Origin: Epiperipatus broadwayi
Lineage: Eukaryota > Animalia > Onychophora
Assembly: GCA_028023455.1 (NCBI GenBank)
Contig: JAQFVV010000006.1
Coordinates: forward strand, 6,262,001 to 6,326,000
Direction: 5' to 3'
DNA length: 64,000 nucleotides
Positions 1 to 11,875 of the stretch are shown here, in pieces. Below the pieces are notes generated by a model. The model was not told where the DNA came from. It saw nothing but the letters and a program-made list of their open reading frames with translations, and made no database searches. Position 1 is the first letter of the stretch. The number at the start of each line of letters is the position of its first letter. The translations under genes were made by a program, and so were the position numbers.

Positions 1-342
1 TTACCCCTATCCTTACTAGAGCATTAAGCAAATTCATACTGACCCTTTATACTGGCAGCCTAATATACATATATAAATAATTAAAACACTCTACAATAAA
101 CTCTGCAATATTCAATATACTAATAAAAAAAATCAATATTATCTACAGCCAGCTTACAACAGAATATACATCCTGAATAGCATTTAATAATTATATATAT
201 ATATATATAAGGTATTTAATATAGAAAACATTTTAGGTAAGGATGAAATCAACTACTTGCTGAATGTAATTATAGCCTTTTTTATATACAATTTAAGACA
301 GCAATCTGTTTGGAACTGTCAAAACAAGAAAGTGCATATATA

Positions 343-735
343 ATACACGTGACCACACACATGTGAAAAAGATAAATAATCTCCAATATATGCATTTTGT
401 GCTGAGCCAGTACTAATCAGTTAGTCCAGATCATCATCTCCCACATATATATATAATCAATTCTCAGTTTATATTAAGGCAGCAAATTTTCACACTTAAT
501 GGACAGGATTCAACCTAGTCCACCCTTAATATAAACCGAGCACTGATTATATATATATGTGTGTGGAAGATGATGATCTGAAACAACTGATGAGTGCTGG
601 TTCAGCATGAAATACATATATTGGAGATCATTTATCTTTTTTACATGTGTATAGTCATGTGTATCGGTTGTATGAGATGGAGTAGATGGCTGAAGGGAGC
701 TTGAAAGTCTGTGTTCAAATCCCCTATATTACAGC
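343..735. mobile_element. Family A element, twin-arm (left arm antisense, right arm sense)
   Basis: Left ~343-540 and right ~541-735 are reverse complements of the family A consensus (aaagataaataatcaccaat...gtccagat); TSD not identified. Confidence 0.8.
574..630 (+). ncRNA. Type-I hammerhead ribozyme (family A)
   Basis: TGATCT-GAAACAA-CTGATGA-GTGCTG-GTT-CAGCAT-GAAA-TACATA-TA^-TTGG-AGATCA; intact core, 6-bp stem II, one stem I mismatch. Confidence 0.8.
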
Positions 736-1083
736 TAGACTCCAGAAATATATTTAAAATATATATAATATTGATAAAAACTGTATTTTACAATATTATA
801 TGTATTTGATATATAGTTATCCACTTTTATGGGTTTAAAATAAATAGAATTTAACTTTCCCACGTGATTCTAAAACTGTACATCAAAGAGGCTGTGTTTA
901 CATGTAGTTTATAGTATTAATTAGATTAGATATCTTTATATATATACCTGAAGTTGCAGATGTTCATAATCATTTCGCACTTTCTTTGTAGTGTACCAAG
1001 AACAGGTACTATTAAAGTGATTTTAAAATGTTCTGCTGAATTACAAAAATCAGAAAATATATATGTTCTGTATTTCGCATCAT

Positions 1084-1124
1084 CGCTATGAATACAAGGC
1101 AAACGGCCTCGAAAGCACTTAGTG
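1084..1124 (+). ncRNA. Hammerhead variant with A3/U8 core (family D-like)
   Basis: CGCT-ATGAATA-C-AAGGC-AAACG-GCCTC-GAAA-GCAC-TT^-AGTG; stems I and II pair, with CpG-decay-type mismatches. Confidence 0.65.
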
Positions 1125-1635
1125 TTTAATATTTTTTGCACTCTCTAGCTTCTCTTTTAAGCACTTCACACGCTTTTAATTTTATATATGTAATATTAGA
1201 AAAATGATGTATTTCATGTTACCCATATTGCATACAGTTGTTCTTTTATCTGGATTTTAAAATGAGTAGAAATGAACTCCTCCACATAAGTGTGATTGTA
1301 AAACTGTAGAAAAAGAGGCTAAACCACTAGTTGGATTATCTACTCTATGAATATCTGAATCTTCAAGTGTAAATAGTTGATTTATATTTGGTTAATGGTG
1401 TAATAAGCATAGGATGGGTAAAAGTGAATTGGTAGTGTTCCTATTGAGTTAGCAAAAATGGAAATTTCACTCATAGTATTAAAGAAATGATATACTTTAT
1501 AATATTATGATTAAATAATATTTAAAAGCTAAAAGAAGTAAGATTTAAAGATCGTTCAAAAGACACAATTTAGTTTTCTTCTTTTTTTAGTGAGTATAAT
1601 TTTTTTTTAAATAGCTACAATGAAAGTTATTTTTG

Positions 1636-3044
1636 TTTTGCATTATCTGTTTAATTAAAAATAAGAATTAAGATTGGGAAAAATGGAAACACATACAGAT
1701 TGCTAATCCAGATAGACAAAAGAAAGTAATTAAAATCAAAGTGATGTTCCTAATGCTTTTTAAAGATGGCCGAAATAATTTATAAAAATAGGATTTTGTA
1801 AATAAAGACTAACAAGGAATGTAGAAGATTATAGAATAATAAAACAAAAGATAAGAAAATATGTGCCGGACATCTCAAAAATGGTCCTCTATATAAAAGC
1901 AGACAAAGTTTAGAAATGGGCTTTTTACCTGTGTTTTTCTGTCTGTTCTTGTGTGCAGCATTTTTGAAGCTGTAATAAAATGCTATCACATAGAACTATT
2001 ACACTGAATCTAGTCTCCATGTGTGAGTAGAAACAGATCATTCGCTGACACCTCTCAGAAAAGTCACCAAAAGCTATGTCTATTCTTACCTAAATATGGA
2101 TCAAAAATGTGAAAGTGTTACTGGAATAAAACTATAAACAAATACTACAGACTCCTCATCAAAAGGAACTGAACTATTATGATCATCTACATAAACCTTA
2201 GAAGCTTACTGGTAAATTAATAACCATAACATAGCTCATATCCATAGAAAGAGATTGTCATTAAATAATAAATTGTTAATGTAGACAAAAAGAGAGACAT
2301 TTGTTATTTAAGACTTCAAAGTGAAATATTTGAATTCAGTAGTTTTGCATTATCTGTTTAATTAAAAATAAGAGTTAAAATTGGAAAGAATAGAAACACA
2401 TACAGATTGCTAACCCAGATAGACAAAAAAAAAAGTAATGCTAATTAAATATGGCTGAAATAATTTATAAAAAAGGACTTTGTAACTAAAAACTAACAAT
2501 GAATGTAGAAAATTATAGAATAAAACAAAAGATAAAAAAATATGTGCAGGACTTCTCAAAAACGGTCATCAGTATAAAATAATCGGACAAGTTTAGAAGT
2601 GGGCTTTTAACCTGTGTTTTTCTGGATGTTCTTGTGTGCAGCATTTTTGAAGCTGTAATAAAATGCTATCATCTAGAACTACCACACTGAATATATTCTC
2701 CATATGTGAGTAGAAACGGATCATTCACAGATACCTTCTCTCAGAAAAGTCACCAAAAGCTTCATCCAGCCTTACCTAAATATGGATCCAGAGATGTGAA
2801 AGTGTTACCAGAATGAAACCATAAACCAATACTATGAACTCCTCATCAAAAGGAGCCAGAATACTATGATAATCAATCATCTAGTTAAACCATAGAAGCT
2901 TACCGATAAGTTAAAGGCTATGTCATAACTCGTATCCATAGAAAAAGAGATTTGCAAACTGAATTTAAATAATAAATTGTTAATGTAGATAAAAAGAAAC
3001 ATTTGTTATTTAAGATTTCAAAGAAATATTTGAATTCAATAGTT
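1636..3044. repeat. Direct tandem duplication, ~707 bp unit x2, diverged
   Basis: ttttgcattatctgtttaattaaaaataag starts at 1636 and 2343; both copies end in tttgaattca(g/a)tagtt. Confidence 0.9.
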
Positions 3045-4867
3045 AATATAATTATCTCTGGTTATGCGTGTGTTTCTTTTGAATATTATAATTTTTTTTA
3101 TTATAAGTGTTTAAATGTTTAATGTGTCATAATAAAACTTGTACTACTAATATAAACCTTTCATTGTAGGTGTTTAATTTTAGTTAGTTACATTCTATAG
3201 ATGTTAGTCAATTTTAGAAAAGTGTGTAAATTACTTTACCAATATGCTTTATTAATTAAGCCTGGGGGAAAATCCTAAGAAAATTCTTATAATGAATTAA
3301 TTGACAGGAAAGTATAATTCCTGACCTTATGATTAAGTATTTGCTTTGTAAGTCTCAACAAAAATGTGACAAGAGTTTGAGTCTATAGACTCTGGTGCCC
3401 TCTGAAATAAATTAAACTAACTCTGTCAGCAATTCAAGCTGCAAGAAATTATTAGATCGAGTTGATCAGGAAACATAGCTATGTTTTAGAAATATTCGAA
3501 CTTGTACATGAACGAAATATTTTATTTTATATAGTTTGATTAACTAAAGCAGTGCATAATATAAGACCTAACCCCAAATGTAAAAATGTTACAATATAGT
3601 ATTTAAGATTTAAAGACGTTAAACATTTAAACATAAGTTTATTACTTGAGTAATATAAGAAAATATACTCCTTTTTGGTCTTGATTTAGTTTCAAAATAT
3701 CCATAGTATACTTTTAAGAGAAGTAATTCACTTTTTAATCTTGAATTACTATTCTTTATATATATACAATTTTATTAATAGTAAACTACCTACAAATATT
3801 TATATATTTACAATAGAATAAATTTATAGGCAAATGTTTGGTGAAATTGCGACCATAATGTTATGATAAGTTAACTTCAATGTTGTGTATGTAATCCAAA
3901 TTTAAAGAGTGACATATTCTAATATAAGCATAATGATTAAATTGAAGAAGAGCCCAGATATTTATTTACATAAGCGAAATCTGATGGGGTGTATTATGAG
4001 AGAGCTCAACTGAGGGAGATTGTTAATTGCTAAGTTTTAGTCATGATATTCCAGGGTCAAAATTTAAGAGTGTAGATATGAGTTAAACCATTCCTTGTTA
4101 TTTCTTTGAGTATAATGTATTTCTTATTGTCAAATAATATTGAATAGCATGCAAGCCACATGGTTCTTAGTATAAGTAATTACAGATGTGTTATAGGGCT
4201 GAAAATATATTTTATATACTTTTGAAGTAATTGTTAGAGTTGATTGTATGCTTATGAAACATGAATAGACATAAAGATAAGAAGTATGGACAGATTTGAA
4301 AGGTGTAACATTTCTTCTGGATAATTATTGCACAGAATACAAATAGAATGTATGTGTCATATATTTATATGAAATAATTCATGAAATTTGTTGTGCTTTT
4401 TTAAATGTATATATATATATAAGATGTTTTTTTTTTTTTTTTTAAAAAAGCATTCAAATAGATAACAACACTTATAAGAACATATGTTTTTTTAAAAAAA
4501 AACGTTTTGTTTTAAAACAATGTACCTTTTTTGTGTGTGCTTATTATTTTTCATTAATAAAATGAAAATTACTAAAATATGCAAATTAGCAATTTAAAAA
4601 ATTGATTAAGTAATAAGTATGTAAATTTAAACTGGCATTCTTTTACAATTTTATCAAGGTAATTTATTAATTTTTAGATGACATTTTTAATTATTTTTCA
4701 GAACTTCAAAAACATATTAACTTTCACATCTTCTCCATTATTTGTTCTATAATATATATAATATTTCTAAAATTAATTTAAAACTTATTTAACCCTGAAA
4801 TAAAAAAATGCTAGAGAAGTCCCCTATCCATAACAATAGACTCATTATTAATATTTTTACTATCCAT

Positions 4868-5060
4868 CACATGATTACCATTTCTTATGCTAGTGATCCA
4901 AAGCTCCTCACTGATGAAGGCCACAAGCCAGAAACTAGTCTGCGAATATTGGATGAGTAGGTACTAGATGGGGATTTTATGCACAAGCCTTCTGGCATCC
5001 ATTGATTACTCTGGTTGACACTGAGTGGCACTACTGTATGGAGAGTTTTGCCTGTGTTAA
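4868..5060 (+). mobile_element. Family B element (short inverted 3' arm plus sense arm) with hammerhead at 4896-4954
   Basis: ATCCAA-AGC-TCCTCA-CTGATGA-A-GGC-CACAA-GCC-A-GAAA-CTAG-TC^-TGCGAA-TA-TTGGAT; starts with inverted tcacatgattaccatttcttatgc. Confidence 0.85.
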
Positions 5061-5534
5061 GTTTACTATCCCCGACTACCGCCATCATCTCCCAGGCTAC
5101 TGTATTCTCTCAGTCATGTAATTTCTGACTCTCTTTTTTTTTTGTAACTGTTTATTATATATATATATTAATTATTTTCTTAACGCTCTAATGTGTACCT
5201 TTTTAACATTATATTTGTTGATATGCCATATATGTTAAACATGTATATTATACAGTGAAGCCATGAATTATTCTATATAACTATACACTACTTCAATTAT
5301 ACGCTATCCAAAAAAAGAATATAAATAAACAAAAAAAATGTAAATAAACAACAAGAAAAATAATACAATTTGTAAATTTAATTCATTTTACAATATGTTC
5401 ACAATCATTGTCCCTTCTCTGGGTACTGTCTGCAGTCATATTAAATAATACATTTTCTTCTGCTTGTATTGAAATATATATATATATTATCCTATCTTTA
5501 TTATCCTTTCAAACTGGATGTACAATGTATCACA

Positions 5535-5952
5535 TATATAGGGTATAAAAGCACAGACTTTCACACAACCCACCACTCTCCACTCTATCTAATAACACTT
5601 ATACACCTAAACACATATATGTTGAAAAGATAAATAATCACCAATACACGTATTTCATGCTAAACCAGCAATCATCAGTTAGTCCAGATTAGCATCTCTA
5701 CACATATATGCTATAAGTGCTCAGATATGTATTAAGATAGACAATCTTCATACTTTAATGGACAGGCTTCAATCTACTCCACACTCCAACTCTTCAACTG
5801 TCCATCCAATTGAAAATCTGATGATGGAATGCTCAAAGACCATCCTGAGGCCAAGATTCTTGTCACACCCATGTTGACCTAAGGTCAATCTGAACCCTAC
5901 ATGTACAGGATATAATCCATTTAATACATATGCAAGGATGGGCAGATATCAC
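5535..5952 (-). mobile_element. Family A element, near-full monomer, hammerhead at 5636-5690 (-)
   Basis: Minus strand reads ACTAA-CTGATGA-TTGCTGGTTTAGCAT-GAAA-TACGTG-TA^-TTGGT; matches other A copies. Confidence 0.85.
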
Positions 5953-7467
5953 ATAGTAAAATATTTTTTTAATGCAAGCTAAAAGTTTTACGAAATTTAA
6001 GAATATTTCTTTTAAATATAAAAGTAAACTGTGGACTCATTTGTCTATAGAAATATGCCACTCACCTCTACTATAATGACGGCTACATTACATTACGATC
6101 ATTTTTATTTTATTACTAGTGCATTAACATTTATTTGACCAACGTTGATTAACTTGAGAACTGTATCATTCAATTAAGAATAGCTAGGCACTCATTTACC
6201 GACTGTTTGATAGATAGAATGTCCAGCCTCGAAGCTGGATATCTGAAAGTAAAATTCTAAACTTATTTGGACTGGAATTGAATTCCAAGTTGTCACCATG
6301 ATAAATGGATACTAACCATTATTCTATGAGACATTTATAATCTTTGTTTATCGTATAATTAAATGTGTAACATTGTTCCACTACAAATCGAAATTTCAAA
6401 TATTCCCTCAAGGAAGAATATTCAAGGAAAGAGCATAACTCAGGTGCCTGAATTGATAGGTAATTAATGATGGTATAATTTAAATAGATTTTCATCTTCG
6501 ATTTAATTTTTGGAAACACAGCAAAATAACTTGCTTACTTATCAATATTGGATGATTAACCAATTGACTCTATGCGGGCTTATTGAAAAAGAACCCAAGT
6601 CTTATTAGAAACCGAAAAAATTCGTGAGCTTTTTGCAAGCCCGAATTCAAACTTATGTCATAAATATGGCAGGCGGATATAATATCACTGCACCATGAAT
6701 ATATCATATGCATAAATGAACTAATAAATAACCCACACACGAGTCTATTATATAATATTTTACAAACTTGAAACTTTTATCTGAAATAATTTTATATTTA
6801 CATGTTTAAGAACTCGTTGAGATATAAATAACTTGATTATTCGTATTTAGCATCTTTACAATTTACCTTATAATAACCTCTCTAAAAAATTTGCTCATTT
6901 ATAAATGACAGCTTTATATTTCATTTCTTGCTTTAAATACCCTCTCCTCTTCAGAATTTCTTTCTCTGCTGGTTGCAGTGTCTGAAGTTTTTGTACTAAT
7001 TTTAATTTCATTCACTTCGGAGTTCAGAGTTTTTAAGTGGTTTGTTAATAGTAGGTGAAAATAAAATAGTAACTTAATTTAGAAATGGCGAATTTCTTAG
7101 TAGTTAAAGCTATAGCATGGAATCGGTCATTAATGAGCTTAATTTAGATTAGTAGCTATAAAAAGCTCTTAGCAAATACGAATTTTATGTAAAACATTTT
7201 GTATTGTAAAACGTTTGGTTTAAATTACATAAATATTCTTTTATAAGAAGAACTATAGTAACAAAAATTCTAACGTCCTTTTTTTTATTTTACGCCTTAA
7301 CTGTTATCATTATCGTAAACAATTACAGGCCCTACAATAACAATTAACCCTTAAGATATCAACAATCTCAACTTGCAGTCAAGCTTAAGGGTTGATTGTT
7401 ATCATATACATTTATAAAACCTATTAAAGCCTTGAGGAATTGGCTTTATTGCCTTAATATACTTATA

Positions 7468-8136
7468 ATATATAAGGTATATGAGCAAAGACTTTCACAC
7501 GACCCACCATTCTCCACACTATCTCATAACACTGATACACTTGAACCCATATATGTTGAAAAGATAAATAATCACCAATATATGTATTTCATGCTAAACC
7601 AGCAATCATCAGTTGGTCCAGATTACTATATCCACGTATATATGCTATAAGTGCTCAGATATATATTAAGATAGCCAAACCTCATACTTTAATGGACAGG
7701 CTTCAATCTACTCCACACTCCAACTCTTCAACTGTCCATCCAATTGAAAATCTGATGATGGAATGCTCAAAGTCCACCCTGAGGCCGAGATTCTTAACAA
7801 TCATCAGATTTTCAATTGGATGGACGGTTGAAGAGTTGGAGTTTGGAGTATATTGAAGCCTGTCCATTAAAGTATGAGGTTTGGCTATCTTAATATATGT
7901 CTGAACACTTATAGCATATATGTATAGAGATGGTAATCTAAACCAACTGATGATTGCTGTTTTAGCATGAAATACTTATATTGGGGATTATTTATCTTTT
8001 CAACATATATGTGTTCAAGTGTATCAGTGTTATAAGATAGTGTGGAGAGTGGTGGGTCGTGTGAAAGTCTATGCTCATATACCCTATATATTACATATAT
8101 AGACACAGGTATATAATAAGCCTGTGTGTTTCAGTT
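7468..8136. mobile_element. Family A twin-arm insertion, 15-bp TSD, hammerheads at 7569-7625 (-) and 7934-7990 (+)
   Basis: TSD cttaatatacttata at 7453-7467 and 8137-8151; arms ~7468-7796 and ~7801-8136 are inverted copies. Confidence 0.9.
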
Positions 8137-8499
8137 CTTAATATACTTATATAAGTATGGCCCTTGTGCAAAAAAAAAAAAAAAGGAAATATTAGTCATT
8201 TAAAAAAACATGAAACTCTATAAATAAATATAAAGATATTCATTATATGAATAATATTTCGTAATGTAATTTACTATACCACTCTCACGCAAATTAGGGA
8301 CCGATTTCTATCTGCTTTTAATACCTTGTGGAGGGATGTAATCACAAACATATGACCAAAGACATGAAAAAGATGCAAGAACCATCACTTGCCAGTTGGC
8401 CCAGATCACAATTTCTTACATATATCTTCATCATTGTTGTATAATGAAATATTACAGTTTAATTGATGACATAAACCATTTAATGGAAATATATTAATA

Positions 8500-8690
8500 A
8501 TTTTTATTAATCATTCATAAGACTAGAGATTATCCACTTAATAATATTTCTGTAATGTCTCACACAATGTAGGACTGGATTCTATCCATTATCTTGTGTG
8601 GGAGTGATATAGTGAAGATTATGTTACAAAAATATTATTATTAATTGGATAATCTCTAGTCTCATTAATGACTAATATAATATTCATTAT
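8500..8690. repeat. Unclassified inverted repeat
   Basis: taagactagagattatccacttaataatattt versus aaatattattattaattggataatctctagtctcatta. Confidence 0.6.
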
Positions 8691-9119
8691 ATATGTTTAT
8701 AATACAAAATATATACAAACATTTAGGTGCAATAATTTGATACAATTAATGTTTGGGAAAAAATACTGTGACTCCTCTTTAGAGACCTGATACTTCCTGC
8801 CCATGGGTGGCTTAACTTGTATTTAGGTATGGTGTAACTATACATAGCCGCTTTCTATTCCAGATGTGAGCATGCTTTTCTGCATTTTATTCCATTATGG
8901 ACAATGTGCGTACTATTGTTTAATGTCTGGAAATTACATGATGTCATCTGCTGTTGTCTGATTTCCTTCTCAGGTGGACCTCAGTATATATAAAGATCCT
9001 CATCTTTACTGCAAGTAATTGGATTCACTGAACTAGTATTCCAATTGGCCTATTTATGTCACTGTTTGTTTCATTGGTTAGTCTTATTGTAAGATGAATT
9101 TGATTTAGATAATATTGTA

Positions 9120-9443
9120 GTAAGGATAAATCAAGGATAAATCCATTGATTGTATTATGGTGAGACTAGAGCCTCTCTGTCCACTAGGCTATCTCAACAC
9201 ACTTATTCTTATAATAAAGCTTTGGTGGACACTGCTCATAGTTCAGTTTTTGTGCAGCACCGCACTTCAGCTGGGCATGATTGTCAACCGGGAAATCCAG
9301 TAGTGGTGTGCAGAGAGCAGCATGATCTAAAAAGAAAAAGAAAAGCAGCTTTCTTTATATCTACAGATGGCGATGCCATCAATAGAAAAGACTTGCTACA
9401 AAATATCCAAGAAATGGAATGCGTAATCATTTCATTTGCATAA
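9120..9443 (+). pseudogene. Decayed Penelope-like GIY-YIG endonuclease fragment
   Basis: YYGETRASLSTRLSQH...SSVFVQH..SAGH...NPVVVCREQH..KRK.KAAFFI....AINR matches the PLE pattern YIGET.RSL..R..EH...S.L..H....GH...EA..I....NR; upstream GIY-CxxC segment is missing. Confidence 0.8.
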
Positions 9444-11789
9444 ATTTGCATCACTCTGAGTCAATTTATTATAGTTTGTAATACGGCAGCGCTTAGCCAT
9501 TTAATGGAATAGATATTAGAATAATAATATATATTTTCTTTATTTGTTTTTAGCTTTGTGTGCTTGTGCGTGTTAGCGCATTTTATATATTTAAATGTAA
9601 GCTTGAGGTAAACTAGAATGAGTTCACAAAGTGTTCAAAATTACTGGGTGTGGAATTAAAGAATGGAAAAGGGATTCTAGAAACACACAATCCTATTGCT
9701 GCAATTGGTGCAGATAGACAACCAATAGTAAGAGAGGCTAATAGCCCTCAAAACTTATGATTATACAAATGACTGAAGACAGTTTTTTATAAGCTTTATT
9801 GCAGTGGTTGAATCATATTCAAGCACTAAAAGATCATGGATTGCAGCTCAGTGGATACTTCCTGTTAGGTCATCAGTCACTTCCTGTTTTCTAAGTCTTA
9901 TGACTTTCTGAGTAATGACCATTTGATTATTTTCGACCTTTATGATTTAATACTGCAGTAAAATGGCAGATTCAAGAGCTAAGAGCTATGAATCATAGTT
10001 CAATATATCACTTCTGAAGCCTGGGCATCTTATGACTTTCTGAGCAATGTTGTTTGTTTACTTTTCATCTTGCATCATTAGTGCAATGGTAGAATGGTGG
10101 ATTTATGAACTGAATATTTGTGGATCACAACTCCATATGTCACTTCTAGTGCTCTAACTTCACATGACATCCTGAGTGGCAAAAACCCTTAATTACTTAT
10201 TGAATAGGTAAGTAGAAGATGAAAACATAGTTGGAAAATACTGTTATTGCACAATATTATAATACTGTTTTTTAATTCAATTAAATACACATATACTTAC
10301 AGCATAAACAATGTATACCTCATGATTATCTGATTGGACATAATTTGCAAAACATATGCATAATGAGAAAAGACACTCAGAGAGATTGCACTGGTGAATG
10401 ATGTGATATGATAAAGATGTGATGAGGAATGCTCTGGTAAAACCAAAGAGAAATTGGAAAATATATACATAGTGCAGTGAGTTTTCACATTTCCAGAATG
10501 TATTAAAACTATATAGATATCAAATGCTAAACTACACGAGGGTGTTGAAATGGAACAAGATCTAGAGTTGTTAATACAGCCATGGATGTTCGGATATTGG
10601 ATTATTTATTTTCTGTATTTGGAGTAAACAATGAGGTATACGTTAAAACAAATGAGCGATTGTATTCAAAAATAACACCATGGATTTTGAACATTGGAAA
10701 CATATAAGAAACACTTTTAAGCCACTTTAAATGTATTTATTACTATTGTGACTGTGTAATAATGAATAATATTGATAAAGTAAAATATTATGAAAATAAA
10801 TTTGTTTAACCACTGGCACAAATATAACCAAAACAACATCATGACCCTTAACTTATTCAATTCTTTTCAGGAAGAAACTCTATCTATAATAGCCCATTTC
10901 TGTCACTTATTGTAAGCTTGAATAATTCAAGAGATGCTAGAGAGTAACACATTTTAAATCCCTATCTATTGATGTTCTCTCCATATGCCTTATAGTGTTA
11001 ATCATTAAAAGGTTTTGGATATGGATTTAGTGTGTATGAATTGCTTGGATTCAGTGCACTTTTCATCTAGCAAGAATCTTTTATTCTTTTTTTTTTTTGT
11101 ACTATTAATTTACCAGGATGAAATTCAAAACCAACTTAATGTTTTGAACCAAAGCCAGCATCAGTTTGGTATTTTAAATCATTTTAAACATCTCTATTCT
11201 TTAGCCTGATTGGTATAAAACCAGAAACATATTATATGACTTCCAGCCCTTACAATGCTTTTCAAAACATTAAAATATTTTTGAATTTATGGCTCATAGT
11301 TTAATAGTACAAAAAAAAAGTAAAGAGTGGATGTTGAATGAAAGGTACATTCGATCCAAAAGAATCCAGATGCACTTAGATCCAGACTCAAATTCCTCAT
11401 TGACAAAATCTATAAACCAGAAATTATTCTAGGGATATAGAGAAGATAGTATTAGATTGGAATTTGAAAGGTATTACCATCTGGCAAAACAATGATTATT
11501 CAACATTACAGAACTGGAATGTTTAATAATTTGACAAAAGATCATGTGATAGTCAAGGACCTAAATGATAGACTGGGTGCAATAATTTCATTCAAGTGAT
11601 CAAACTGAGGTTCATTATTCCAGAATCCTTTACCTCTGGTCTGCTCTCTTACTCTCTGTGTGTGGCAACTTTGCAAAGAAGAACATTTAATATAAATCAT
11701 CTATCTACGTATTTTTGTTACAATATTTTTAATTTTATTTATTAAAAATATATTTAAAATTACACACAAATAATTGAATGGTTAAATGT

Positions 11790-11875
11790 TCTAGGGTTTA
11801 TTTAGAAGTTCGATTACCGGAAGTGACACAACGGAACCACAATCACCCAATCTTGAACTATGATTGTACGTACTC
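11790..11875 (-). repeat. Short unclassified dispersed repeat (also ~12595-12695 + and ~23105-23205 +)
   Basis: Shared cttccgg..att(t/c)gaacttct motif and flanks. Confidence 0.5.

Noticed and set aside
9850-9890. CTGATGA-CCTAACAGG-AAG on the minus strand
   Set aside because: No valid G12-A13-A14-A15 register and no stem I or III
10535-10700. Mariner-like TIR start (tacacgagggtgttgaaa)
   Set aside because: No matching right TIR or transposase similarity found
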